Position numbers and translations under genes: made by a program
Source: Seison nebaliae
Lineage: Eukaryota
DNA length: 64,000 nucleotides
Direction of reading: 5' to 3'
Assembly: GCA_023231475.1 (NCBI GenBank)
Contig: JALJEE010002328.1
Location: 62,001-126,000 of the forward strand
The notes under the pieces: model-generated
What the model was told of the DNA's origin: nothing
Seen by the model: only the letters and a program-made list of their open reading frames with translations
Database searches by the model: none
Part shown: positions 63,112 through 64,000 of the stretch, one piece after another
How the letters are laid out: each line of letters starts with the position of its first letter
Numbering within the stretch: the first letter of the stretch is position 1

Positions 63112-63215
63112 GAATTTCAATCTCTTTTCCTTAATATGGTTCAAAATGCGCCGACGTCTGAGACGAAGTGTATTTTCCGGTTGGAAAACAAATTGTTCGG
63201 TAGCGAGATATTCGT
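57925..63215 (-). CDS. Caspase-family (C14A) protease with non-canonical S1 pocket and very long low-complexity N-terminus; 5' end unresolved
   Basis: Catalytic domain: YDISRYKRGGALIIANSHF, CVVLLLTSHG (His), IFGTD, GRPKLLFIDTCRG (Cys), DLMIGFATVEDYVSW, GSNYIKTL, KDLYFYPG; stop 57925-57927. A frame-preserving splice path (donors 60410, 60268, 60030, 59580, 59352, 58870, 58606, 58278, 58103) links it to the 925-aa ORF 60367-63144; that link is less certain than the catalytic domain. Upstream exons possibly near 63590-63954. Confidence 0.85.
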
Positions 63216-64000
63216 CTAAAAAATGAATAATTTAAAAATAAATTAATAATTTAGAAATTTCTTTAATATATTATTATGATGATGATTATGATTAATATAT
63301 TCATATTAGAAATCTTCATAATGAAACGACTCATCGTTTATTGATTCGGGAAAAAGACGAAATAGAATTTTTGAGAATAATAGTTTGAAGAAGGAAAAAA
63401 CTTTAGAAGAATTGTAAATATTTGAAATAATGAAATTTATTATCGAATAGTTTATGGATCATAATCATTCGAAATTTTTATTCACTACGATAACTAGAAG
63501 AAATTTCATAAACTTATCAACTTTATTCATATTTCTACAATCTAATTCATGTTTTCCTTTTTATGATTCACTCATTCTATATATTCACCACAAGACTCCG
63601 ATCTAAAAAGGATACATCGTCTCCTAATCCAAGATATTGGGAAAAGGAATAGACTGAATGATTCTTCGCATGGGAGAAGAAGAAAAAAGAGAGAAAAAGT
63701 TATTGGATTGAATTATTCATGAATTTATTCATAAATCTTTCTAATCGATTGAAGTGAGGTCATCCTTAAACTCCTTGAAAGTCGTCAATCGCTATTTTAC
63801 TACAATTATCTTTCCGAATTTTATTGAAAGGATGTCGATCTCTACTTTCAATATTTCGAAGTAATTCATACAAATGAAACATATAAGGAATTTGTTTTTT
63901 ATTCTTTATTATCAGCTGTTCATGCATTCTCATCGACGACTCTAGTCTCACCAATCGGTTGACTAAAAGGAAATTATTATGTGAACTATGTGGAAATGAA

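Noticed and set aside
1784..63144. Alternative genetic code or stop-codon readthrough to explain the split ORFs
   Set aside because: Breaks in conserved genes are explained by frame-restoring GT-AG introns, and kilobase exons translate cleanly in the standard code with TAA/TAG/TGA used as real stops.
1..64000. CRISPR arrays, prokaryotic operons, tRNA or rRNA genes
   Set aside because: No regularly spaced repeat-spacer structure or recognisable structural RNA motifs; the content is intron-containing animal genes.

Overview
AT-rich, gene-dense genomic DNA from a bilaterian animal, with very short (mostly ~45-65 nt) spliceosomal introns and proteins swollen by N/Q/S low-complexity tracts. It is not prokaryotic, and I see no CRISPR, rRNA or tRNA genes. 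The organism cannot be identified from the window; a compact-genome spiralian such as a syndermatan/rotifer relative is only a guess. Left to right: a decayed non-LTR retrotransposon 3' end, a GDA1/CD39 NTPDase, an unknown ORF, a highly divergent CNC/Nrf-type bZIP gene, an alpha carbonic anhydrase, a 3-exon secreted protein, a miR-10 hairpin, a solitary Hox4/Deformed gene, ATG16L, a large low-complexity ORF, ~10 kb of gene-poor or decayed DNA, INTS6, an unknown ORF, PIBF1/CEP90, TXNDC16-like, an SRSF4/5/6-type SR protein and an atypical caspase. Main observations: (1) 34 of the 36 introns I reconstructed by hand start with GTT instead of GTR, and about a third end in AAG, suggesting altered splice-site recognition; (2) the caspase keeps the His/Cys dyad but has lost all three Asp-binding S1 residues (DTCRG instead of QACRG); (3) miR-10 has a 60-nt loop and sits upstream of an isolated Hox4, with a CNC-bZIP-like gene nearby; (4) the SR gene has one long intron, at the RRM2 WQ|xLKD position, containing stop-generating acceptors. 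All exon structures are manual inferences and need RNA-seq confirmation.
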